Positions 47,351-59,904 of a DNA stretch of 64,000 nucleotides are shown here, piece by piece. The first letter of the stretch is position 1; each line of letters starts with the position of its first letter. Below the pieces are notes generated by a model. It did no database searches. It was given only the letters and a program-made list of their open reading frames with translations, and was not told where the DNA came from. Location of the stretch: assembly GCF_963921235.1 (NCBI RefSeq), contig NC_086097.1, forward strand, positions 106,022,001-106,086,000. Direction: 5' to 3'. Source of the DNA: Mobula hypostoma (taxonomy: Eukaryota). Made by a program: the position numbers and the translations under genes.

Positions 47351-48749
47351 GAGAATAGGTTACGGGGAAATGAGAGGGGGGGGAATGGTCTGATGGAATG
47401 GGATTGAGGGAAATGACCAAATAACCTCCTTCCATGATAGGAGAAAATACATTAGAGACCTAATGCTAACCAATATGTGTCTGTATTGATGTGCAGTCAT
47501 TACTATGGAGTTACCTTCCTTGTGGCAATTCCCAGCTCCAGGTCTCCAGAATAATATCAAATATCTGATACAAGCCATCGGCCCTTGTGCCTGTGGAGGT
47601 GAGAACACTCCTGAACCATTTACACCTTCCAACACTAGGGTGGGAGCCCAGTCATAACTTCTTCAGAACACATTCAAATATTTAAATGTGATCAATTTCC
47701 CAGATGTGATCTTCCCTAACAAATTCATGTTGATTGTTCTTGATTAATTTATCCTTCCACATGAAGACTTGTGCTGTGCCTCAAATTTGATCTCAGTAAT
47801 TTGCCTACCTCGCAAGGTGAAGTACTAGCTGTCAATTATTTAGTTTTACCATTTCCTCCTTTTTCAAACAGCACAGCATTGTCTGATCTCCAATCCCCAG
47901 CACCAATATGGTGGTAAGAGACAATCCAGAAATCATGGTTGGAGCTAAAAACCTCAATTATGTTTACTCCATCCAGTACTTCACAATAATCCATAATTCT
48001 CTTCTCCAATTCCAATCTAGAAATACAATTGCTCCTGGACTGCTGATGCTCACTATTTGCTCATGAGACACATGTGAACAGTGCCACAGTAAGTCAGTTA
48101 CCTGCACTTGTCTCACTCCCATCCCAGTTTAGATGTGCAATCTATTGCTTGAGTAAGTTGGATTTTGACTCGTGAGGCCAAATACAATGAGACATTCACA
48201 ATGAAAATACAAGATTCAGCCCAGAAATACTTGACAGAACAGGACTTGCTATGGAGGGCATCCAGAATTAACATTGTAATGCTTTGCATGACAAGTAACC
48301 ATGCTTCTAGTACATCAGTATCTAAAATGTTATCATAAAATAACACTCAAAAAGATTGTAAATAACTGCAATATGTAACATCTTGTAGCAATGTGCTACA
48401 CACAGAGCTAGAAATAATGATGCGCAGTCTGCAAGTTGCACTCGAGACTAGTTTATTCAAACTTCGCTTCACTGGCTTTTACGCAGTTCCGTTCCTGCCC
48501 CTCTGGGCGGAAAGGACGTCCGAGGTGCATTACAAAAGTGTCTTCCTGCGCGCGGGCTTTCTCCCCTTGCTGGTGAAGAAGAAGGCCCAGCGCCATTTTG
48601 GGGCTGGCCTCTGTGCCGATGCGCGCGTCATTTTGTGAGCCAGTAATCCCGCGTAGAAAGTGGGTCGCCACATAACCCTCCTCCCACCCCAGAACCGGCG
48701 ATACACCCCCCCCCCCATGTCCACAGTCTGGATCAGTCTCTGTTTGGGC

Positions 48750-51700
48750 GGTCTGCCTCTGCGCCGCAGTGCCTGAACCTTGACCCCGCTGCGCCAAGTC
48801 CACATGGGCCAGTTTGAGTTGGTCCACCATGAAAACCTCCTCTTTCCCCCCAATGTCCAGAACGTACGTGGACCCATTGTTCCTGATCACCTTGAACGGC
48901 CCCTCGTACGGCCGCTGTAGTGGTGCCCGGTGTGCGCCCCTTCGTACAAATACAAACTTACAGTTCTGCAGGTCTTTGAGTACGCAGGTCGGGATTTGTC
49001 CGTGCGGTGAAGTCGGTACGGGGGGGGCCGGGTTGCCAAGCGTAGTTTGTCCAGGACTGTTCCGGGTTCTTCCTGTTGCCCCCTTGGCACTGGTATGGAC
49101 TCTCCTGGGACGACCAGGGGTGCGCCGTACAGCAGCTCGGCCGACGAGGTGTGCAGATCCTCTTTGGGTGCTGTGCGGATTCCAAGCAGGACCCAGGGAA
49201 GCTCATCAACCCAATTAGGCCCTTTCAGGCCGGCCATGAGAGCCGACTTCAAGTGACGGTGGAAACATTCCACTAGTCCGTTCGACTGTGGGTGGTAGGC
49301 AGTTGTGTGGTGTAGCTGTGTTCTCCATAGGCTGGCCACAGCCGACCACAGACTGGAGGTGAACTGGGCGCCCCTGTCGGAGGTAATGTGGGCCGGTACC
49401 CCAAAGCGTGCTACCCAGGTTGTGATCAATGCTCGGGCGCAGGATTCGGAGTTGGTGTTGGTGAGCGGGACCGCCTCTGTCCATCTGGTGAACCGGTCTA
49501 TCATAGTTAGGAGGTACCGCGCTCCTCGCGACACTGGCAGGGGCCCCACGATATCCACATGAATGTGGTCGAACCTCCGGCGGGTGGGTTCGAACTGCTG
49601 CGGCAGGGCTTTGGTGTGCCGCTGAACCTTGGCTGTTTGGCACTGCGTGCACGTTTTGGCCCATTCGCTGACCTGTTTGCGAAGTCTGTGCCACACAAAC
49701 TTGCTGGAGACCATCCTGATAGATGAGTGCACCAAGTTGTGTATGGAGTTGAAAACTCGCTGCCAGCAGGCTGCTGGGACGATGGGGTATAGCCACATCA
49801 CAGAGGAGGGTCCTCTCTCCTGGGCCTACGATGAAGTCTTGCAGCTGCAAACCCGAGACTGCGGTCCTGTAGCTGGACATCTCGTCGTCTGCCTGCTGCG
49901 CCTCCGCCAGTGCTGCATAGTCCACCCCCTGGGACAGGGCCTGGTTAGCTGGTCTGGAGAGTGCGTCCGCCACGATGTTGTCCTTTCCCTGGATGTCCGT
50001 CGTGTACTCGGAGATGTAGGACAGATGTCGTTGCTGGCAGGCCGACCAGGGATTGGACACCTTTGTGAGCGTGAAGGTCAACGGTTTGTTGTCCATGAAC
50101 GCGGTGAACGGCCTGCCTTCTAAGAAGTACCTAAAGTGCTGGATATAGTGCCAACAGCTCCCGGTCGAAGGCACTGTACTTGAGTTCAGATGGCCTTAGG
50201 TGTCTGCTGAAGATCGCCAGGGGTTGCCAACGCCCCTCGATGAGTTGCTCCAGCACCCCACCAACTGCTGTGTTGGATGCGTCCACTGTGAGGGCCGTTG
50301 GAACATCTGTTCTGGGGTGCACCAGCATCGTGGCATCTGCCAAGGCTTCCTCGGCTTTAACAAAAGTGGCTGCGGCCTCTTCATCCCAAGTAATGTCCTT
50401 GCCTTTACCCGACATCAGGGTGAACAAAAGGCGCATGATACGGGCTGCTGAGGGGAGGAAGCGGTGGTAGAAGTTCACCATACCAACGAACTCCTGCAGG
50501 CCTTTGACTGTGTTGGGCCAGGCGAAGTAGCGGATCGCGTCTACCTTGGCGTGCAGAGGTGTTGCCCCGTCTTTGGTAATCCTGTGGCCCAGGAAGTCGA
50601 TGGTGTCAAGTCCAAACTGGCATTTGGCCAGGTTGAACGTGAGGCCGAAATCACTCAGGAGGAAGTAGAGCTGGCGGAGGGAGGTGGGACAGATGCTCCT
50701 GACGACTACTGCTGGCTATGAGGATGTCTTCCAAATAGATGAATGCAAAGTCCAGGTCACATCCCACCGCATCCATTAGCCACTGGAACGTCTGTGTGGC
50801 ATTCTTCGGGCCGAATGGCATTCAGAGGAATTCGAACAGGCTGAAAGGGGTGATGAGTGCTGCTTTGGGGATGTCTTCAGGGTGTACCAGAATTTGATGG
50901 TACCCCCAGACGAGGTCTACTTTGGAAAAGATGCTTGCCCCATGCAGGTTTGCTGCAAAGTCTTGAATGTGCGGCACGGGGTAGCGGTCTGGAGTTGTAG
51001 CCTTGTTCAGTCTGTGGTAGTCACCGCATGGTCTCCAGCCCCGGGCTGCTTTGGGCACCATGTGCAGTGGGGAGGCCCATGGGCTGTCGGACCGCCATAT
51101 GATCCCCAATTCCTCCATCCTCTTGAACTCCTCCTTCACCAGGCGGAGCTTGTCTGGGGGGAGCCTTTGTGTGCGGGCGTGGAGGGGTGGTCCCTGGGTC
51201 GGAATGTGGTGCTGTACTCTGTGTCTCGGCATGGCTGCTGTGAACCAATGGAAAGTTCATCAGGATTCTGGTGAATTCATTGTCAGACAGTGTGATAGAA
51301 TCCAGGTGTGGGGCTGGCAACTTGGCTTCACCCAGGGAGAACGTCTGGAAAGTCTTGGCATGGACCAGTCTTTTCCCTTGCAAGTCGACCAGCAGGCTGT
51401 GGGCTCGCAAGAAGTCTGCCCCCAGGAGTGGTTGGGCCACGGCGGCCAGTGTGAAGTTCCACGTGAACCATCTGGCACCGAACTGCAGCTGCACTGTGCG
51501 GGTGCCGTAGGTCTGTATCGTGCTGCCGTTTGCGGCCCTCAGGGTGGGTCCCGGCTCGCTGTTGTGGGTGTCGTACCCTGTTGGGGGTAAGACGCTGATT
51601 TCCGCTCCGGTGTCGACCAAAAAGTAGCGTCCCAACTGTTCGTCCCAGACGTACAGGAGGCTGTCCTGGTGGTCAGCCGCTGTAGCCATTAGCGGAAGCT

Positions 51701-52338
51701 GGCTCTGGTGTTTTCTGGGAACGCAGGGCGGGGACAATGGCGGGCTTCTGTGCCCCACCACTGGTGATAGAAACACCACTGTTCATTGGCCTCCTCATGC
51801 CTGCCTCTGGATTGTGTGCACCCTGTTGCCAGGCCTGGTCTGGCCTGCTGTTGTGTGCGTGGCTTGGTAATCTGTCCAACGGACGCCCTGCTCTCCCTCT
51901 TGTGCTCTCCACAGCACGTCTGCCCAGGCCGCCACCTTCCGGGGGTCACTGAAATCTGCATCGGCCAGCAGCAGATGTATGTCCTCGGGCAGTTGCTCTT
52001 GGAATGCCTGCTCCAACATAAGGCAGGGCTTGTATCCTTCAGCCAGGGCCAGCATCCCGTTCATTAATGCTGACGGCAGCCTGTCTCCCAAACTGTCCAG
52101 GTGCATCAAGCGGGCACCTCGCTCATGCTGTATATTTGCCTTCTTCCCGGGGTGACTGTATGAAATCCTCAACCTGGGCAGCCTGGTCAAGGGAGCTCAC
52201 CACGTAATACTAATGTGTGGAATCAGAAGATATCTGCCGAATCTGGGCTTCTGTTTGGTCAAACCACACACGTGGTCGCAGCGTCCAGAAAGTTGGCAGT
52301 TTTAGCAAAACTGCGTGAACAGATGAAGAGTCAATCAT
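48750..52338 (-). pseudogene. gag-pol of the CsRn1-type element (frameshifted)
   Basis: gag LKLPTFW...WFDQTEAQ and knuckle CFYH-x9-C-x3-C; PR LVDTGAEIS; RT WRPCGDY, FSKVDL, YLEDI; RNase H VDAS, YSAFDRELLA; INT HVDIVGPLP, TSDRGAQF, HPQSNGLVE. Confidence 0.92.
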
Positions 52339-52363
52339 CTTTGGTCTAAATCCCATTTGGACT

Positions 52364-52376
52364 GTCGGGGTCACCA
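52364..52376 (-). promoter_or_regulatory. Primer-binding site complementary to the tRNA-Trp 3' end
   Basis: Minus strand TGGTGACCCCGAC directly after the 5' LTR; tRNA-Trp ends ...GUCGGGGUCACCA. Confidence 0.8.
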
Positions 52377-53115
52377 ATGCTACACACAGAGCTAGAAATA
52401 ACAACACGCAGTCTGTAAGTTGCACTTGAGACTAGTTTATTCAAACTTTGCAGCACTGGCTTTATGCAGTTCTGTTCCCGCCCTCTCCGGACAGAAATGA
52501 CATCAGAGATGCATTACAAAAGTCTCTTCCCGAGCGCGGGCTTTCTCCCCTTGCTGTTGAAGAAGAAGGCCCAGCGCCATTTTGGGGCTGGCCTCTCTGC
52601 CGACTCATGCGCCATTTTGTGAGCCGGTTCACCTGCATAGAAAGTGGGGCGCCACAATCTCAATATTATCAGTGAGTTGAGAAGAGAATGAAATCAAAAA
52701 ATAATTCTAACAGCAGAGAAATTAAGACAGAAATGCATGCAAATTGCCCACTGTGAAGGTCAGAGAATTGCCAGGTAAAGGACTGTAGGTTTCAAATCTA
52801 GTCAAGTTGGAGTTAGAGAACAGTGGGGAAATTAAATATCTTATCACGCAGGGAAAGGACGATTGTGGCCAAGTCTGAGGTGAATGATATAATAGGCCTC
52901 AATCTGAAAGGTGCCAGAGAAGGGCCAGTAATACCATAAAAGATCCCACACACTCTGCTCATGGACTGTTTGTCCCACTCCCATTAGGAAAGAGGCTATG
53001 AAGCGCTGGTGAGGCATTACTTGGAGTATTGTGAGCATGTTTTGGGCCCTTTAATAAGAAAGGATGCGCTGACATTAGAGAGGGTTCAGAGGAGGTTCAC
53101 GAGAATGATTCAAGG

Positions 53116-54009
53116 TGTTACATGCTCAAGGAGATCTGTTTTTTTTTGTGAGAATGATGTAATGGTCTTTTAGAGGTCACCTGATGTGACTTTCCCGCCG
53201 ATGTGAGTCACGTGATGACATGTGCCCCGTGATTATATAAGGGTCGACCCAGGTGACGCAGGTTTTTTTTTTAGCTTGTAGATTTCCAGGTAGAACGTGC
53301 TGTATCTCCGTTTCTGTTGCGTGTTTGCTTTTGGTGACGCAGTTTCATTTTTAAAACGGAGTGTGCGTTCTGTTGCAAAATACCATATTATTTGGACTGG
53401 AAATTTTTGCTAGATGTGTTGATTTACTCAATTCCAACATTAGAAGGGAGAGTGAAGAATTTATCACAGCTACAGGATCGAGAGGAGTCGGCATCGTTTA
53501 GCAGTTTAATAAAGGATCGACCTTATTGAGTCTTCGTTGGAGGAGTAGCTACCTGCATCGAGATAACCCTTGCCAAAAAGAGCAAGGAGTTCATGCAAAA
53601 AGGTGCTCTCTCTCTCTCTCTCTAAAGGAATTTAAGGTCAGTTGATTTAAACTGTTTATTTTTGGCATTGTGAATCCTGTGGACAGAACCAGCAGTAAAG
53701 GTGCGTCTGTGAAGAAATCCTTCTCCAGAGAAGTCTCTCCCAATTGAATGTGTAAAACTGTTGGACTTTCGAAGTTATCGCTTTAAGAACTATATCTGAC
53801 TTTATCGCTTTAAGAACTGTTTTTGCATTTAACGCTTTAAGAACCAGAGCCGAGTGCCGAGTTGGTGAACGGCTGCATATCTGTTAACTTCCGGTTAAAA
53901 GTTTTCGTCTGTTTTTTTTTTCCTTATTGTTTATCCGTGTTTAATAAATGTTTGGTTGTTTTTATATAAACTGTCTTGATTGATATTCATTGTTGTCGTT
54001 TATGTAGCA
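53116..54009 (+). mobile_element. Solo LTR (894 bp) inserted in an old CR1 3' fragment (~52990-54118)
   Basis: TGTTACAT...ATGTAGCA ends; 4-bp TSD AAGG (53112-53115, 54010-54013); TATATAA at ~53234 and AATAAA at ~53943. Confidence 0.85.
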
Positions 54010-54639
54010 AAGGAATGAATGCCTTATTGTATGAGAAGCGATTGATGGCTCTGACGTTTACTTGCTGGAATTTAGAAGAATGACGCAGGATCTCATTGAA
54101 ACCTTTCAAATATTGAAAGCAACACACACAAAATGCTAGAAGAACTCAGCAGGTCAGGCAGCACCTATGAACAGTTGATGGTTATAGGGTAATAACTGTT
54201 CCTGAGCCTGGTGATGTAGGATCTAAAGATCCTCTACTTTCTGCTTAAAGGTAGTAGTGAGAAGAACCTGGGTAGTGGGGGTCTTTGATGATGGATGATG
54301 TTTTCTCATACAGCACCCCTTGTAGATGTGCTCAATGGTAGGGAGGAGTTTGGACAGTATCCACTATTTTCTGTAGAAAGTGGGAGAAAAGGCCCCTTTT
54401 TATGTGACACTCAGTTTTCAATCCACTTCCTCTAATACCTTAATTGATATGCTAGCCTCTTGTGTAGCACCATGTGAATGCCTTCTGGAAGTCTTACACT
54501 GAATCTGCAGGTTCCATTCTGTTAACTCAGGTTCAGGAACATTCAACCAGGAGGCTCCTGAACCAGCCTGGATAGTCGGTCACCTCAACACTGAACTGAC
54601 TCCACAACCTATGGACTCATTTTCAAGGACTCTCCAATT

Positions 54640-55188
54640 CAGACATCCCACCCTGCAAAAACTCATTTCAGGGAGGTAGCACCATCAATCTGCAGCAGGT
54701 GGGATGTCTGCAGTAGAGTAGCTCCTTAGCAGCTAGCCAGCTAGTTTAAATAACGTTAGCTATGCTAATGAATGAATGACACCTGTTAAACTCACCTCAA
54801 CATGTCTTTTACAGTCTTAACCCACCATGGGCAATAGAAAAGTCACTATTGCAAACAGTGCAGCGAGCAACACTGTCATTATTTTTGACCCCTATTAAGC
54901 AGGGGTACACTTTAGTGTAGTCTGGGGTGACGTACATAATATATTTTCTTTTTTTAGAACACTCTGCCATGGTGCTCTCTCTCTTGCTCTTGCTTTCTCT
55001 CTCTCGCGCTCTCTCTCCCTTACGATCTCACGTTCTCTGTCGCGCGTTCTCTCTCTCTCTGTCGTTCTCTCTCACTTGCTCTTAAAAAAAATCGATTTCC
55101 GGGATATTGTATATAATTTATTGGCATCAGGGAGCCACTATCAATATGCGGGAGACTCCCGGAACTTCCGGGAGAGGTGGGATGTCTG
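54640..55188 (-). mobile_element. Second copy of the hAT-like BED-finger element, inverted relative to 8371-8985
   Basis: Same TIRs, (CT)n tract and exon remnant; flanks ccaatt / ccaact. Confidence 0.88.
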
Positions 55189-55509
55189 CCAACTCATCTT
55201 CTCAATATATGTATGTATGCATGTATGTGTGTATGTATTTATTTATTTGTTTTTAATTTGAGCAGTTTGTCTTCTTTTGCATATTGGTTGTTTGTCAGCC
55301 TTTCTTTGTATGTAGATTCTATTATATTTCTTTGTTCGACTGTGAATGCATGAAAGAAAATGAGTCTCAAGGTAGCATATGGTGACATATAAATAGATTG
55401 ATAATAAATTCATTTGAACTTTGAACTTTTTGCGTGATTGAGATTTTTACAAATTCCTCCCTGTTGTTTGAAATTATCCCATTTACTTGAAATATTGGCA
55501 GTATTATTC

Positions 55510-56030
55510 ACATAAAGGAATGCAATTATAAGAAGGATGTGGAAGATTTAGAGAGGGTGCAGAGGAATTTAGCAGGATCCTGCCTGGATGGATAGCATGT
55601 CTTATGAAAATAGGCGAACCAAGGTTTTTCTCTTGGAGAGCAGGAGAATGAGACATGCCTTGATGGAACTATACAGGATGATATGAGGCTTAGTTAGAAT
55701 GAACAACCATCACCTTTTTCCCAGGGCAGAAAATGACTATACAAGGGGGCATAAACTTAAGGTGTTTGGAGGCAAGTACAAGAAGGACGTCAGAGAGTGG
55801 AGAGTGCATGGAACATGCTGCCGGGCGGGGGGGCGGGGGGTGGTGGTAGAAGCAGATGCATTAAGGATATTTAAGAGGCTATTAGACGGGCACGTGGATG
55901 AAAGAAAAATGGAGGGTTATGTGGGATGGAAGGAGGAGATTGATAGATTGATCTTGGGGTAGATTAAGGGGTCAGCATAACACCATGGGCTGAAGGGCCT
56001 GTAGTTTGCTGTACTGTTCTTTGTTCTATA
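55510..56030 (+). mobile_element. Old CR1 3' end
   Basis: KDVEDLERVQR, TRGHKLKV, FKRLLDGH; tail tgttctttgttcta. Confidence 0.8.
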
Positions 56031-56166
56031 TTTAATGAAGTTCATACATAAATCAATTAAATTATTGCCAAAAATGCACCTCACCTCTCATACATCTCCA
56101 CTGGAGTTTTTGGATATGTATCAGGTCTAAAGGGATTTCTAATATAAGTGTTTTGTAATTACTAGA

Positions 56167-56373
56167 AACACATATCAAAGCTGCTGGTGAACGCAGCAGG
56201 CCAGGCAGCATCTCTGGGAAGCGGTACAGTCGACATAGGGTTGACGAAGGGTCTTGGCCTGAAACGTTGACTGTACCTCTTCCTAGAGATGTTGCCTGGC
56301 CTGCTGCATTCACCAGCAACTTTGATGTGTGTTGCTTGAATTTCCAGCATCTGCAGATTTCCTCGTGTTTGTG
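56167..56373 (+). mobile_element. Fold-back mini-element from the PLE 3' end (same family as 9147-9383)
   Basis: Inverted arm 56167-56233 against 56265-56331; tgacgaagggtcttggcctgaaacgtt; exact 14-bp TSD TTGTAATTACTAGA (56153-56166, 56374-56387). Confidence 0.88.
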
Positions 56374-56559
56374 TTGTAATTACTAGATACCTGTTAGGGC
56401 GTATTCTGGAGTTAGGGTATAAAGCAAATATTAATTTCAACAGCAACCAGTCATCAGATTTGAATGTGGATTGCAGACTGAATTTAAAATGCAGCTCAGG
56501 ACAACGGTCTTCTTGAAGTTGCAGACTGGGGTCCATTACAAACCAGGAAACACCCATTC

Positions 56560-56681
56560 AAAACACACAAAATGCTGGAGGAACTCTGCTGGTCAGGCAG
56601 CATCAATGGAAATGAGTCAACGTTTGGGGCTGAGACCTTTTATCAGGATTTCCAGCATCTGCAGATTTTCTCATGTTTGTG
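56560..56681. mobile_element. Older PLE-end mini-element with inverted structure
   Basis: Antisense HHR region (gagtcaacgtttggggctgagaccttttatcagg) joined directly to the sense tail tttccagcatctgcagattttc. Confidence 0.65.
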
Positions 56682-56750
56682 AGAAATTCGTTCACCTGAG
56701 ATGCCTGCATATGCATAATGCAGCTAGAGACAAAGGTGATTAACACTCAT

Positions 56751-57195
56751 TGTGGGGGTGTTGGTGTGTTGCAATTATGTGCATTTTAATGGAGGCATTA
56801 TGAATGCATTGTAACCCTAAAAAACTGCCCTGTTGTTGCACTTGTTCTTTAACATATAAAGTGTGATGTAACACAAAGATAAGAAAATCTGTAGATGCTG
56901 GAAATCCTGATAAAAGGTCTCGGCCCCAAACGTTGACTCTAGTAATTACAAAACATTTATATTAGAAATCCCTTTAGACCTGATATATATCCAAAAACTG
57001 CAGTGGAGATGCATGAGAGGTGAGGTGCATTTTTGGCAATAACTTACCTGATTTATGTATGAACACAAAATGTGACGTAATGTTGAGTCAGGAGACCTCT
57101 TCTTCCAAGAGTGTCTCCAGTATGACGTTTGCTTGTTTCTGAAATAAAGACTTTGATATTACAAGCTTCAGTGACTCCCGGAGACTTTGATCACA
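56751..57195 (+). mobile_element. Possible old solo LTR interrupted by a templated insertion
   Basis: TG...CA ends; AATAAA at ~57143 followed by a U5-like segment resembling that of 6281-6842. The TSD is not clean. Confidence 0.4.
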
Positions 57196-59904
57196 GTCAC
57201 AATACCCAAGTAAGGCGTGTCTGTTTTAGAAACACAGGAAATCATTGATGAAATGTACAACAGTTTCCAGATCATTCTACAATCATTTCTGACCTCAGTA
57301 CACATTAGCAAGAGCATCAAAGGGTATGGGGAGAAGGCAGGAGAATGGGGTTGAGAGAGTTAATAAATTAGCCATATTGGAATGGCAGAACAGACTCAGT
57401 GGGCTCCTGTGCCTTATGATCTTATAGTCTTAATCCTTGACTAGCTGTTTTGTAATTTTAAAATCTGGTGTACAATAATTGTTAGGCTTGATGGACAGCC
57501 TACTTCCCCGACGTGGATATAGAGCAATTTCCAGTCTTCCCTCATCTTTATTTCTAATCTAGAAGCAAATTATTCTTAAAGTTATTTCTAGACATAGCAG
57601 CATGGTCATGCAATAATTGTTATGCAGATTTTTGCTTAATCCAAGCAATTTTTCTGCTGCAGAATCACTTGCAAAAACAAATGTGTAGAAATCCCTGCTG
57701 AAAGCAGTACAACACACTTGTGATCAGAAAGAGTCGCAGTGTAGTATTGTCAATGTCAATGTACATGTCAATTGTCAATGTGTGTCTCCAGTTTAGTGTC
57801 ACAGTGTGCTACTGTCCCAGAAGATTAATTGCTGACTTTGTCATTGCAATTGTTTGCATTTTGATAACAGTGTTCTTTTGCATAAGCATTTGTTTTTTCT
57901 CTGAGAAAACAGTGTTCATTGACTGGTTTAATTAAATGCATGAAGGAAGATGCAGTGTTAGAAAGGATGGATTATTGTTATTGTTATGAATGTCCTTCTG
58001 TCTCTGAAATTTCAGTTTCCATTAACCTACCTTACTTCATGCTTATTTCTCCTCTGGATCACCCACTTGAAGCTGCTATCCTTCATTTTAATTCTGTATC
58101 TCGCTGATTTCATGTTCTCTGTCTAGAGCTTTAAGTGTACAGCTCAGAAGTATACTGAAGTCAATAGAAATAATTTTTCAGTGCCAACCAAGGACAAATT
58201 TCTATCTTTTAGTGACTTACCAGAAAAATATCAGGAAGTATTTTTATTACAATGATTCAAGTTCACTTTGTATAATTTTAAATTGAGGATTTTATTGAGG
58301 AAACAGGAAGACACATTAAAGGCAAAGCTATAGTAAATCTGGTCATTAAAACAGATACCACAGACATACTAAGCAAATAGAAAGGATTCTCTATGGGAAA
58401 CATGACTGGGAAAGTGTGATCAAGGTAAAGAGGAAGGTAAAATGATTTCCTGAATATCTAAATTAGTCAATAACACCTTTCCTCATTTAAAGGCTGAATT
58501 CAAGAAAATCCCAAATGCCACCTTCCCCCCTTTGTTCATCTAGTTATACAAAATTCAAGAATCTTGGAGTTTCAAAACCCAAACCCCCAAAATAGACAAA
58601 ACACGTTTTGTGCAGAAACAGAGAAACAGAAAAAGGCCATTCTTTTTCTTATTTTTCATTGAAAATTCATTTACCTACAGTGGTTCTATAACCCTCAACA
58701 TCCTTGCCCAACAGGAAAGAAAGCAAACTTAATTTAGAAATTACTACCCTTGATGGGAGGAAGTGCCTCCTGACATTATTGTAAACAATTTAACTCTAAC
58801 TTGGGAGAGCATACTCATTATCCCTATTGTCATGGACATGATTACTTTTCAGAATTACTTTTCCTCAATCTCCAATATGACCCAGTGCTTTAGTTAAGCA
58901 CAATGTTACATTGACATCACTGTATCCCAGTGGTTATGAACATTTATCATGACAACCTGTGCTCTTTGCGTTTATTTTGAAAGCATACAACCTTAGTTTT
59001 TTTAACCAATTACTCAAACCACTCTGCCACTTTCAATGAATTACACATCTCTTTGATCCTAAACCACTATCTGATCTCCAATTTATCCTCTGAATAATCA
59101 TAATTTTCTAGTGTAAGTAAGTAGCCCTCCACAGCTAGCGAGAACTACATAAAGGGAATAGGAAGGGCAAAAGAATGTGGAATGCACAAATGTGATTAGT
59201 CTACATTTGTGTGTTTACTCCCTCGGCCAGGTGCATATGGAATGGTTGTCCATTGAAGGTTTGATGTAATCATGTTTGTACACAGGGATGGTCAACAGCA
59301 GAGTTACATGTGAATTGTGACAGAGTGAAGAATAATTCACATAATGGAAATGCAAGTTACTGACAGGGCCAGTGTCCAATTGTTGTTTCCAATTATCCAG
59401 AGAATGTATTAGAAGTTAGTCCTTTGGTCTGCTGTTCTATGTAATGTACAAGATGCTATTGGGAAGAAGGTTCCAGGGTCTTCTTTAATCCGGTAAAAAG
59501 AAAACATACATATTTATTATCAAAGTGGGATTATATGGTCTTGAGCTGGAGGTTATTGCCTTTTCATGCAGTTTTCCAGATAGTTTGTTGTTGCTGTGAT
59601 GCAGTTGGCTGGTAAGCAGCTACTGTACATTGAGCTTTTCGGGATCTCTCTCCGTTTTCTCTATCTATACCCTTCATGATTATAAATTCCAAGGAAAATA
59701 ACTAAGGAAAACCTAAGCTTTTTCAATCCATTCATCTAACTAAAGTCCTTTGTCACTGGAAACATTTTTGTAAATCTCTTCTGCAACCTTGCTAAAGCCT
59801 TTATATGTTTGCTGTAGTCCAGTATCCTGAGCTAGACAAAATGTGTCATCATGACATCTTGACTCTTGTGTTCTTAATCTCTCTTTATAAAACTAATTCC
59901 ATTT

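Larger units (their letters stand above)
48384..52656 (-). mobile_element. Full-length decayed Ty3/Gypsy LTR retrotransposon, CsRn1-type
   Basis: Two LTRs (48384-48672, 52378-52656), 4-bp TSD ATCT, PBS TGGTGACCCCGAC, PPT gggaggagggtta, gag-PR-RT-RH-INT order. Confidence 0.95.

Noticed and set aside
52364..52376. tRNA-like sequence
   Set aside because: Only a 13-nt primer-binding site, not a tRNA gene. The SINE head at 59905 is likewise not a tRNA.
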